This document shows, piece after piece, positions 7,898-16,768 of a stretch of 64,000 bases of DNA. The position numbers and the translations under genes are program-made. Each line of letters begins with the position of its first letter. Positions within the stretch are counted from its first letter, which is position 1. This DNA comes from an uncultured Atopobium sp. (lineage in GTDB: Bacteria; Actinomycetota; Coriobacteriia; Coriobacteriales; Atopobiaceae), in NCBI GenBank assembly GCA_938036925.1, contig CALHVU010000052.1, positions 893 through 64,892 on the forward strand, written 5' to 3'. The notes beneath the pieces were generated by a model. The model had not been told where the DNA came from, made no database searches, and saw only the letters and a program-made list of their open reading frames with translations.

Positions 7898-9934
7898 ATG
7901 GAGCAGCTTGCACACGTTTTTTCACTTATCGTTCAGCCCGCATACGACTTGACCGGCAGTTGGTGGGCGGCAATCTTCCTTTTTACTCTTGCGACTAAAA
8001 TCATCCTGATGCCCCTGGCACTTTGGACGCAACAAAATTCTATTGTTATGGTGCGCCTTATGCCCGAGACCTTCCGCTTAAAGACTCGCTACTTCGGCGA
8101 CAGGGAGACCATCGAGGAGCGCTCCAACGAGCTCAACAAAAAGGCAGGCTATCACCCGCTATTGAGTCTTATTCCTCTGGCAATCCAGGTAGTCATCCTG
8201 TTCGGCCTAGTTGACGTTATCCATGGCATCACCGATTCTGGTGCGCCTGGCACAGAGTTTTTGGGCATGACCCCAATCATCGATGGCGGTATCACCTGGA
8301 TTATGCCACTGGCAGCAGCTTTGTCCTCGGTTGCTCTTGGTCTTGCTTCCAACAAGCTGAATCCGCTTCAGCGCGAGCAGTCTCGTGCAGAGAAGAACAC
8401 CACAAACGGCCTTTCTATTGCAATGTCGCTGGTACTTGCAGTCTACGTTGTCTGTGGCATGGCATTCTATTGGGTTTGCTCAAACCTTCTCTCAATCCTG
8501 GTCCAAATTGTCTGCAACATCATCATCGACCCTCGTAAGCAGGTTGATTACGACGATCTCAATGCTGCTCGCGACGAGTTTGAGGCAATGGACGCAGCAA
8601 CTAAATCCACTCACAAGTGGTTCCAGCGCGATCCTCATGCCGCTCGCGAAAAAGAGGACTACAAGCGCTTCTTTGACACCATCGGCAAGCACCTGGTCTT
8701 TTACTCCGAATCAAGCGGTTTCTACAAGTACTTCCAGGGCGCCATCGAGTGGCTGCTGGCAAACTCTGACATTCGTATCCACTATGTCACCTCTGACCCT
8801 AACGACCAGGTCTTTGAACTGGCAAAACAGCAGCCTCGCCTGATTCCGTATTACTTGGGTCAGCGTCGCCTTATCACGCTTTTCATGAAGCTCGACGCTG
8901 ATGTTGTGGTAACTTCCCTCGGCGACCTGGAGAGCTCCTACATGAAGCGCTCCTATGTGCGCAAAGACGCTGAATACATGTATATGTGCCACCATATGAC
9001 CTCCATGACGGTCACCTCAACGCGCAACGAGTACACCTACTACGACGACGTCCTCTGCGTTGGCCCTCACCAGCAGCACGATCTTGAGCTGGTCGAGAAG
9101 TACTACGGTACGCCATCCAAGAGAAAGCCTGCTATTGGCTACGATCTTCTCGATAGGTCAATCAAAAACTACCAGAAGCAGAATCTGGGCCAGCGCAAAC
9201 CTGGCGAGAAACCCCTGTTGCTGATTGGTCCTTCGTGGCAGTATGACAACTTGATGGACAGCTGCCTTGACGGCCTGCTTGAGCAGCTCATGGGCCGCGG
9301 CTGGCGCATTGTGGTCCGCCCACACCCAGAGTATTTGAAGCGCTATCCTGCCCGCATGGAGGAGATTCTTGCTCGCTACGCTGAAGCGGACCCAGAGGAG
9401 CTCTCCTTTGAGACTGACTTCAGCTCCAACACTTCGGTTCTCTCGGCTGACCTGCTCTTTACTGACTGGTCGAGTGTTGCTGAGGAGTTCTCGTTTACCA
9501 CGCTCAAGCCGTCGGTCTTCATTGATACCGCGATGAAGGAGAACAACCCCGACTGGAGCAAGATTCATTCGGATCCATGTGACATTACGCTCAGAAACGA
9601 GATTGGCCGCAGCTTTGATCCTAAGGACCTCTCGGGCCTGGGCGACGCGGTTGCGCAGATGCTTGAGGAGACCGATAGCTGGTCGCACAAGATTGAAGAG
9701 ATTCGTAACAATATGATCTTCAACCTCGGCCACGGCGGAGAAGCCGCAGGTAAGTTCATTCTTGAGCGCGTTTTGGCGCACCAGGAGGGAACCGCGGACG
9801 CTGACGTCGAGAAGACCGACGACGCAGCAACCGAGGTTGACGCCGACGCAGCAACCGACGAAGCAGCAACCGAGGTTGACGCCGACGCCGCAAGCAACGG
9901 CAACGCCGAGAAGGACAGTGATCTCCGTGCGTAA
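7898..9934 (+). CDS. Fusion protein: YidC/Oxa1-like membrane domain plus TagF-like CDP-glycerol glycerophosphotransferase domain
   Basis: The N-terminal ~220 aa resemble the YidC core (AAIFLFTLATKIILMPLALWTQQNS..., 5 TM). The C-terminal part carries TagF-type motifs (LLIGPSWQYDN, VVRPHPEY, LFTDWSSVAEEFSF..KPSVF). Acidic repeat tail. Confidence 0.65.
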   Translation: MEQLAHVFSLIVQPAYDLTGSWWAAIFLFTLATKIILMPLALWTQQNSIVMVRLMPETFRLKTRYFGDRETIEERSNELNKKAGYHPLLSLIPLAIQVVILFGLVDVIHGITDSGAPGTEFLGMTPIIDGGITWIMPLAAALSSVALGLASNKLNPLQREQSRAEKNTTNGLSIAMSLVLAVYVVCGMAFYWVCSNLLSILVQIVCNIIIDPRKQVDYDDLNAARDEFEAMDAATKSTHKWFQRDPHAAREKEDYKRFFDTIGKHLVFYSESSGFYKYFQGAIEWLLANSDIRIHYVTSDPNDQVFELAKQQPRLIPYYLGQRRLITLFMKLDADVVVTSLGDLESSYMKRSYVRKDAEYMYMCHHMTSMTVTSTRNEYTYYDDVLCVGPHQQHDLELVEKYYGTPSKRKPAIGYDLLDRSIKNYQKQNLGQRKPGEKPLLLIGPSWQYDNLMDSCLDGLLEQLMGRGWRIVVRPHPEYLKRYPARMEEILARYAEADPEELSFETDFSSNTSVLSADLLFTDWSSVAEEFSFTTLKPSVFIDTAMKENNPDWSKIHSDPCDITLRNEIGRSFDPKDLSGLGDAVAQMLEETDSWSHKIEEIRNNMIFNLGHGGEAAGKFILERVLAHQEGTADADVEKTDDAATEVDADAATDEAATEVDADAASNGNAEKDSDLRA

Positions 9935-12083
9935 AACGGTCGCTTCATCTGTGAAAGCACCAGTCAGTGCCGCCGTCCACAAGACGCGTGTACTCTTTGT
10001 GCATGCTGCGTTGTATGTTGTAGCACTGACGTTGGTCTGGTGGGCACTGCTGCCAGCAATTGCTCAGGCGTATGTTGACCCGTCAGTTATGACCTACACC
10101 ATCCAGGCACTGGCAGCAGTCGTAGTTGCACTCTCTGCGGTGCTTGGCGTTGCGTTTAGGCGCTCTCGTAAGGTGCTCTTCCGTCTGCTTAAGATTGATG
10201 AGAACGCCAATAAGATTGTCGAAGGCAAAGTTCACAAGGTTGACGCCAAAGGTGCTGAAGCTGCAAATACTCAGATGAAAGAAATCCTTGCAGCAGAAGC
10301 CATTCGTCTCAAAGAACAAAAAGAGGGAACCCTCAAACCTAAGGGTCGTATTGGTGTCGCATTTCTTGTCTCTTTCTTTACTGTCTTTACTATCTTGGTC
10401 GTAGCCCCACTTGAGCTGGTGGCAAGCAATGCGCGAGACCTTTCTTTCAACCTCAACGATGTTGCAGGTCCCGTTATTATTGCAGGTCTTATCCTTACGA
10501 TCATTCTTACAGTGCTTCTATCACTCCTGCGTAAGCGTGTGTTCAACGTTGCCGTTGCATTTGTAGGCGCCGTCGGTGTGGCGTCATACGTTCAGGCAGT
10601 ATTCTTGAACGGTGGTATGCCACTTGCAGATGGTCATGAGGTTATTTGGTCAGACTTCACAACCCAAATGATTGTCTCTGGCCTCATTTGGCTAGCAATC
10701 ATTGCAGCTGCAGTGACCTTCTCGCTCCTAAAAGCACGTCAGCTCCGAACGGGCCTTTTGGTAACCGCAACCGCGCTTATCATTGTCCAGACTGTTGGTG
10801 TTGCAAGTCTGTGGGGACCTGCAATAGCAGCGTCGATAGATGCTCACGCCGAGCACCAGCAGGTTGTTGCAACGCGCGAGGGCCTCTACAACGTTTCCTC
10901 CAAGAAGAACGTCGTGGTGTTTGTTCTAGATACCACTGATACCGCTTTTGTCCAGAAGCTTTACGATGAGCATCCAGAGACATTTGCGCCTCTTACTGGC
11001 TTTACGTGGTATAGAAATTCCGTCGGCTCCATGATTCCTACGCGTTATGGTGTTCCATCGCTGCTTTTTGGCTCCCGTCCTCAGCCTGGCGAGAATTTCA
11101 ACGATTTTGTCTACAACTGGGCACAAAGTGATCAGTACCTCAAGGATATTCAGAATGCTGGATATCAGGCAGGTTTGTATACGGACCAGTTGAACTACTC
11201 TCACTACAGAGACACTGCGCAGAAGTATTCTATCAACTACCACGAGCCTCGTGGTCGTGGTATAGATAACCAGCTAGACGTGCTAGGTGCGCTGCGCATT
11301 CTCTACAAGACGGCATTCTGTAGGGACATGCCTTGGGTATTTAAGCCTCGATTCTGGTATTACACCGAGGACCTCAATATGCGTATGCGCAGACCAGTCA
11401 ACATGGACGAGGTTGATCTTTCTTCTCAGCCTTACACCGAGGATGACCTCAAGTATTACCAGGAACTTCAACACTACGGTCTCTCGATTGATGACAGTGC
11501 TGGTCAGAAAGGATCGTTCCGCTTTATCCACCTTTTTGGTTCACACCCACCTTATACGCTTGATCGTAACGTTGAGCCTACCAGCGATCCAAGCAAGCAA
11601 AACGTTGATGAGCAAACCATCGCGGCTTACAGAATTGTTGCGCAGTATATCGCTGAACTTAAGCGTCTTGGTGTGTATGAAAACACGTCTTTTATTATTA
11701 CCGCAGATCACGGTGACTGGTATTTGACTAATAACGATATCCAGCAGCCTTCCGCTCCAGTCATTATGTACAAACCTGCTGGTCAGACTGCTGAAGAGGC
11801 GGCTCAGCCTATGCAGATTTCTGACGCGCCTGTCTGGCACTACGATATTCTGGCGCAGACACTCAAGGATATGGGCGTTGACCAGCAGACGCTTTCTAAC
11901 TACACCACACCGCTTGATGAGTCTTATGAGGGTGAGACGCGTCCTCGTTACTACATTGAGACCATTTCAAACGGCAAGCAAGACATCTTTGTCAGGGAGT
12001 TTGTCATTAACGGTGACGCCAACGACATGAAGAATTGGAGCCTCACGGGCAACGAATGGCCTGTTGAACCATGGCATGACTAA
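9927..12083 (+). CDS. LTA-synthase/sulfatase-like (alkaline phosphatase superfamily) polytopic membrane protein
   Basis: Multi-TM N-domain followed by an extracellular domain with VFVLDTTD, HLFGSHPPY and IITADHGD motifs. Start uncertain (GTG at 9918 or 9927, overlapping the upstream stop). Confidence 0.7.
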   Translation: MRKTVASSVKAPVSAAVHKTRVLFVHAALYVVALTLVWWALLPAIAQAYVDPSVMTYTIQALAAVVVALSAVLGVAFRRSRKVLFRLLKIDENANKIVEGKVHKVDAKGAEAANTQMKEILAAEAIRLKEQKEGTLKPKGRIGVAFLVSFFTVFTILVVAPLELVASNARDLSFNLNDVAGPVIIAGLILTIILTVLLSLLRKRVFNVAVAFVGAVGVASYVQAVFLNGGMPLADGHEVIWSDFTTQMIVSGLIWLAIIAAAVTFSLLKARQLRTGLLVTATALIIVQTVGVASLWGPAIAASIDAHAEHQQVVATREGLYNVSSKKNVVVFVLDTTDTAFVQKLYDEHPETFAPLTGFTWYRNSVGSMIPTRYGVPSLLFGSRPQPGENFNDFVYNWAQSDQYLKDIQNAGYQAGLYTDQLNYSHYRDTAQKYSINYHEPRGRGIDNQLDVLGALRILYKTAFCRDMPWVFKPRFWYYTEDLNMRMRRPVNMDEVDLSSQPYTEDDLKYYQELQHYGLSIDDSAGQKGSFRFIHLFGSHPPYTLDRNVEPTSDPSKQNVDEQTIAAYRIVAQYIAELKRLGVYENTSFIITADHGDWYLTNNDIQQPSAPVIMYKPAGQTAEEAAQPMQISDAPVWHYDILAQTLKDMGVDQQTLSNYTTPLDESYEGETRPRYYIETISNGKQDIFVREFVINGDANDMKNWSLTGNEWPVEPWHD

Positions 12084-12127
12084 GCTGGGTGCTTTGACGC
12101 GCCTGTTCAGGAGGTCCTACCGGCTCT

Positions 12128-12256
12128 ATGATTTACTCGCAAAAAGCTCGCATTGGTGGTGTTACCTACGAATTTAATGCAAGGGGTGAAGCGCATAAAG
12201 CACTACCAGGAAACATTGTTCCTAAAGCATATAAGCCACTAGTTGAGGCTGCGTGA
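12128..12256 (+). CDS. Possible small ORF (42 aa) carrying one cell-wall-binding-like repeat
   Basis: Absent from the ORF track. AGGAGG lies 12 nt upstream of the ATG. MIYSQKARIGGVTYEFNARGEAHKALPGNIVPKAYKPLVEAA. Its stop overlaps the next gene's ATG (TGATG). Confidence 0.3.
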   Translation: MIYSQKARIGGVTYEFNARGEAHKALPGNIVPKAYKPLVEAA

Positions 12257-12897
12257 TGACTATGAACAAGAAACATAAATGGCTGCCTCTAAAGATTTTC
12301 TCTATAGTTCTGTTTCTTATGGCCACTGTCTTCCTCTTGTGGAATACATTTGCTACGCCCTACCCATGGGCAATTGACTCACTTCAGCAAAAAGCGGTAG
12401 AGCGGGCCACACAAGAAGCTATCAATACCGCCAAGCAAGAAGGAGACGGCGGAAAGCCTTACCTCAAAGACATCGACTATATGAAGCTCACGCTTGGCAG
12501 TTGCTATATAGGAGTAAAACCAGAAACCCGGAACAACCTTATTTGGGAGATTCGATATAGAGATAAACCTGTGGGATATGTCATGCAAGAGCTCGGAACT
12601 TTAAGGTTCTCCGCTCTTGCCGGCAATTACGAGTCCTTCAAACTCGTGGATTTGGAGGAAATTTCTCTTGACGACTACAAGGAAGTAAGAGACGGCTCTG
12701 TAGAACTTGGACCTTTTGAATGGAAACTTCCCTTCGGTTGGGTAACGGTTGATGGACACAAAGCGTACCGACAAATCAACGGCTACCTTTTTTCACATGG
12801 GCTAGCAATAGTTGATGACTACTATTATGAGTTCGATGAGAATGGATATCTCATAAAAGCGATAGGTCCGGCACTGGATTCAGAAACCGAAAATTAA
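12253..12897 (+). CDS. Membrane-anchored hypothetical protein with a C-terminal cell-wall-binding-type repeat
   Basis: N-terminal TM span. C-terminal GWVTVDGHKAY...YYYEFDENGYLIKA resembles choline/glucan-binding repeats. Start is ATG 12256 or 12262. Confidence 0.6.
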   Translation: MMTMNKKHKWLPLKIFSIVLFLMATVFLLWNTFATPYPWAIDSLQQKAVERATQEAINTAKQEGDGGKPYLKDIDYMKLTLGSCYIGVKPETRNNLIWEIRYRDKPVGYVMQELGTLRFSALAGNYESFKLVDLEEISLDDYKEVRDGSVELGPFEWKLPFGWVTVDGHKAYRQINGYLFSHGLAIVDDYYYEFDENGYLIKAIGPALDSETEN

Positions 12898-12949
12898 GTG
12901 ATCCCGCAACAGTTCTATATGTTGTTTACGATCATTCCGGAAATGTAAC

Positions 12950-13201
12950 TGAACTCGCCGAAAAAAGAAGGAGGCCATCAATACTGCCCGTCAGGAAGGA
13001 GATGCGGGAAAGCCATACCTGAAAGACATCGACTATACAGAACTTACCCTTGGTGGTTGTTATGTAGGGACGAATTTTAATACATAAATTCCGTATGGAA
13101 AAATAATGCCAATTGCCAGTCAAGCTTGCGTGTTTGATGACAGCGGATATCTTGTAAGAGAAGGGCCGTTGGAGGATTTTCCATCAGTTTCGGATACGTA
13201 A
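12950..13201 (+). pseudogene. Decayed partial paralog of the preceding gene
   Basis: Translated fragments KEAINTARQEGDAGKPYLKDIDYTELTLGGCYVG (stop at 13085-13087) and ..FDDSGYLVREGP.. match QEAINTAKQEGDGGKPYLKDIDYMKLTLGSCYIG and ..FDENGYLIKAIGP.. of the 12253-12897 product. Confidence 0.65.
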
Positions 13202-13250
13202 CGTAGGATCCGGATACCTGCGGGTATCTGTGTGGGTTGCGTCAATTGAG

Positions 13251-14081
13251 TTACATAAACGCAATAGTATGCGGACTCATATAAAGCGAGCAAGAAGAAA
13301 TCTGTAGTGCAGGAAGCTCAGGTAAACCTGCAAGGTTGCATCCTGACCCCACATACGCAACAAGAATCAATACAAGGCCAATTGCGATAAAAATACCACC
13401 GAACAGCGAGAGCAGTCTTTTCGAATGTCCTTCTGACCATGACGTTGTATTTGTTCGCTCCGTGGAGGCTGTGGTCTTCTCGGCAGGAACTTGTGCAAAG
13501 AAATGAGCAATCCACTTTGCATAGTCTCGTGCGCTTTGCACGAGAGAATGCATTATGCGAGCTACTATCGGTATTACCAGTATGGAAACACCTCCTATGA
13601 GCAGAAACACACCGGCAGAAAGCGCGCCGGAAAGGAACATGTCGTGCAGAAATCCCACTACAAGTGCCGGGATGCTCATTACTCCGCAGAAAAGACCACA
13701 GGCAACTGCAAAGCATAATGAAATAACAAGTGCCCAAATTACAAAATAAATGCTCAATGCCGTAAGTGCGAGGGCAAACGTAAGGGGTATCCAGACAATA
13801 GCGCCTATGACGAGAAGTACGATAGTTATGGACATAAGCACCGAATCAGAGCGGATACGCTGAGTTGCGCGTAGAAACGCAGGCATACTCTCCAGTGCTG
13901 ATTGAACCGCATCATCAATGCTTCCCATGGCTGCTACGGCTTTTTCCTCGGACATACCGTCTTCCATACGGTCGTGTATTGCCTCGTCGTAATAGGCAAG
14001 AGCATCATCAATGCTGTTTTTGGGAACATGCTTTTTCTTAAGGTTTGCGCGAAGTTCGGCAAGAAACTCATCCTTTTTCAT
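13251..14081 (-). CDS. DUF1700-like membrane protein (PadR-associated)
   Basis: N-terminus MKKDEFLAELRANLKK...DDALAYYDEAI followed by TM spans. 4-nt overlap with the padR stop. Confidence 0.75.
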   Translation of the reverse strand: MKKDEFLAELRANLKKKHVPKNSIDDALAYYDEAIHDRMEDGMSEEKAVAAMGSIDDAVQSALESMPAFLRATQRIRSDSVLMSITIVLLVIGAIVWIPLTFALALTALSIYFVIWALVISLCFAVACGLFCGVMSIPALVVGFLHDMFLSGALSAGVFLLIGGVSILVIPIVARIMHSLVQSARDYAKWIAHFFAQVPAEKTTASTERTNTTSWSEGHSKRLLSLFGGIFIAIGLVLILVAYVGSGCNLAGLPELPALQISSCSLYMSPHTIAFM

Positions 14082-14392
14082 GACGATGCTCCTTCTTTAA
14101 TGTAGGAGAGAATGTCTGTAATGGAGGCCTCATCAGCGATAAATCGTGAGAGTTCTAAGTGTCCCGCGTCAGTAATCAAATAATATTTGCGGAGACGACC
14201 GTTGTGCTCACGTGTGTATTCGGAAAGGAAATGTTGCTTAGCAAGACGTTTCAAAATGGGATAGAGCGTTGACTCGGAGAGCTCAAGCGATGCAGGGGCA
14301 TCCCGGATGATTTGATACCCGTAGGAATCTTTGCGGGCTATGGCTGCGAGGACGCAGATATCAAGAAATCCACGCTTCAGCTGTGCATCCAC
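14078..14392 (-). CDS. PadR-family transcriptional regulator
   Basis: GFLDICVLAAIARKDSYGYQI...STLYPILKRLAKQHFL winged-helix signature. Confidence 0.9.
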   Translation of the reverse strand: MDAQLKRGFLDICVLAAIARKDSYGYQIIRDAPASLELSESTLYPILKRLAKQHFLSEYTREHNGRLRKYYLITDAGHLELSRFIADEASITDILSYIKEGASS

Positions 14393-14407
14393 AATACGTC
14401 TCCTTCA

Positions 14408-14432
14408 ATATACTATGTGATACATAGTATAT
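14408..14432. promoter_or_regulatory. Candidate PadR operator
   Basis: ATACTATGT-GAT-ACATAGTAT, perfect 9-bp arms containing the ATGT/ACAT cores, 16 bp upstream of padR. A weaker second site, CATACT-N11-AGTATG, lies at 14443-14465. Confidence 0.6.
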
Positions 14433-14807
14433 ATTACTCAGGCATACTATGCAATACACAGTATGAAAAAATATAGTATGAACTTGCCATCTTTGTAGGT
14501 GTTGTAATATTTCTATAGCGCTATGTGTGTGAAAATAGTATGTATGAAAGACGGTCCGGTGGCGGACAAAGGAGACATGAGTTGAACTTCCGTGAAGACG
14601 ATGCCGATACACAGAACAACACCGACGTGCAAAAAAAGCAATGGACTCGCTTGATCACGATTTGCTGACAGGCGAGACGCTGGACGTTGGAGATAAAGTT
14701 ACGCGTCGGCTCTCACAGGAGCAAGCCACCCTGCCTCATCCCGCTGCAAAATCGTCAGGCCCCATACAGAGCAAGCAAGAAATCACAGCAGAAGCGGTTA
14801 AGAAAAT

Positions 14808-14851
14808 GAACTGCCTCCCATTTCTTATGTCCAAGAAATGGGAGGCAGTTC
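14808..14851. repeat. REP-like perfect palindrome, copy 1
   Basis: GAACTGCCTCCCATTTCTT-ATGTCC-AAGAAATGGGAGGCAGTTC (19-bp arms), downstream of the minus-strand gene that ends at 14927. Confidence 0.9.
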
Positions 14852-14926
14852 AACACGACGCGGCTTTTTTGGTGACTAGTTATAGGAGCGGCTCTGTGAA
14901 GAGAGCTTGCCTGCGACCTGGGATTA

Positions 14927-16624
14927 CTATGGCAAAATCCATGCAGGTAGACCATCAGAGAAGATACGTGCGAGTGGGTACGCCTCGTCAATAGTCAGTG
15001 TTGCAACAACGCGATAAGGACCTTCTGCTGACGTATCAAATACCAGCGCAAGGGGTTTTTCGCCATCAGTAGTAGGAAGTGCAAGGTAGATGCAGTGCTT
15101 GGACGGATTGTAGAGCTCAACGGCCATGCGCCATCCGCGCTTTGCAGCTCGCAAGGCGTTTTGTACCAGAGGCGAGTTGTCATCAAATCCACGCTCGGAA
15201 TCAAAGAGCAGGGGCGCGGCACCTGGAACGGGAAGCGAGAAGTCGGCGTCGGTATGCATGAGCTGCTGCTCGTTCTTTCTGTAGACGTACGCTGCAGAAA
15301 GACACGCCTGCGCCGCCTGTAACGAAGGCGCGTCGCTCAGATAGGTGGTACAAAGCGCGTTCCAGTCGGAAACAGGAGCCTCGTTCATAACCACGTCAAC
15401 AGGGTTGATAGGTAGCTGCTTTGCTGCGGTAGGAAGCTTTTCCCATGAAGCAATGGCAGATTTTGGCAGTCCGTGAAGCACATCAACTGCCTGATCCTGC
15501 AGCTCATCTGCAGAAACGCTGAGCTTCAAGAGCGTCCAGGGACGCAGAGCACCGCGCTTAGACTTACGAATGGTAGCGGTAATAACCTCGTCTGTCTGCG
15601 GTTTCTTGTAACGCGTGTTAAACGTGAACGTGCCGCCCTTGGAAATGAGCGCGCGAGAAGACTCGGCAAGTTTGAAGTCTTCTTCCAGCTGTTTGAGGAC
15701 GTTAGCATCAACGGGAGCCATCTGATACAAAATGCCGAGAAGCTCGTTGTTGACGTGGACATCTTCCTCAAAATTGGCAGGGTATGTTGGGGTAGGAGCA
15801 GGAGCCTCATTCTGATTGGTTGCCTGCGTAGAAGCCTGGGATTCAGAAACTGTAGTGCTAGAGACAGAACTTGTTGCACTCATGGCCTGCTGCAATACTG
15901 AAGGAGCGGCCTCAAGCGTCTTCTCTTCATCGGAGCCGTCGTAGGGATTGTAGGTAACGGTAAGCGAGATGGTAGGCTCGGGCACTACAGGCTCGGGCAC
16001 TACAGGTTCGGGCACTGTAGGCTCGGCGGCTTTAGGCTCTGGAGCGACATCATCGGTTCCAGCGGGCTCTGGAGCAGCGTCATCGGCAGATTCTTGCCGG
16101 AGGTCTTCTTCAGGCGCCTCTGCACAAGGCGTTGCTACAACAGGCACCTCAGCAGCAGATTCCTCTGCAACAGACAGTTCCTCTGAGCTCTCCGCGACAG
16201 GTAGCTCCTCTGGCTCCGTTGGCTCTTCCTGGGCAGGAAGCTCCTCAACTACAGGTTCCGCTTCAACTACCAGGTGTTTTGGCTTGAGCGCGCGAATGGA
16301 CTTTGCCCCACGTCGGCGTTTCCATGGTTTGCCATTGTTTTGCGACTCGACGTTTTTCTCGCCAGCTACAAGGGCAGCCTCAAAGGTGTCAAAGGTCAGA
16401 AGCGTCGCGTAGACGTAGCCTTTTTTGAACGCAGTGATTTTGATGAAATCGGGGCACGCCTCCATGAGAGCGCGGATGTCGTCAAAGCCAAAATCCTGCG
16501 GTGCAAGGTCGTCTTCAATGAGCACGCCCTCAACGGTAGAGAGGGGAGTCTGCTTAGAGACGCCAATGGTTGCTTTGAGTAGTTTATACAGGTAGAGAGC
16601 GTGTTCTTGTTTTATAACAGCCAT
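14927..16624 (-). CDS. Hypothetical protein: OST-HTH/LOTUS-like N-terminus, P/E/A-rich linker, conserved-looking C-domain (possibly DUF3825-like)
   Basis: 565-aa ORF. N-terminal ...FGFDDIRALMEACPDFIKI... pattern, then an acidic proline-rich low-complexity region of about 130 aa. Family assignment is tentative. Confidence 0.6.
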   Translation of the reverse strand: MAVIKQEHALYLYKLLKATIGVSKQTPLSTVEGVLIEDDLAPQDFGFDDIRALMEACPDFIKITAFKKGYVYATLLTFDTFEAALVAGEKNVESQNNGKPWKRRRGAKSIRALKPKHLVVEAEPVVEELPAQEEPTEPEELPVAESSEELSVAEESAAEVPVVATPCAEAPEEDLRQESADDAAPEPAGTDDVAPEPKAAEPTVPEPVVPEPVVPEPTISLTVTYNPYDGSDEEKTLEAAPSVLQQAMSATSSVSSTTVSESQASTQATNQNEAPAPTPTYPANFEEDVHVNNELLGILYQMAPVDANVLKQLEEDFKLAESSRALISKGGTFTFNTRYKKPQTDEVITATIRKSKRGALRPWTLLKLSVSADELQDQAVDVLHGLPKSAIASWEKLPTAAKQLPINPVDVVMNEAPVSDWNALCTTYLSDAPSLQAAQACLSAAYVYRKNEQQLMHTDADFSLPVPGAAPLLFDSERGFDDNSPLVQNALRAAKRGWRMAVELYNPSKHCIYLALPTTDGEKPLALVFDTSAEGPYRVVATLTIDEAYPLARIFSDGLPAWILP

Positions 16625-16768
16625 AATGCTCCTGAGATAGTAGTTAGTGGACTACATACTACTCGATTTTGAACAGACAAAGATACTGATTACGCACAGA
16701 AAGTCGCAATACGTAGCGAAAAAGCGAGAATGGACTGATAGAATAAGGCTAGATTGAAGGGAGCTTAC

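Noticed and set aside
14570-14994. Possible acidic small protein: a TTG ORF after AAAGGAG at 14573, and ORF 14641-14994, perhaps split at the A7 run at 14630.
   Set aside because: The longer ORF reads straight through the REP palindrome and into the neighbouring gene's 3' end, and the short one is 27 codons. No family signal. Cannot be supported without expression or conservation data.
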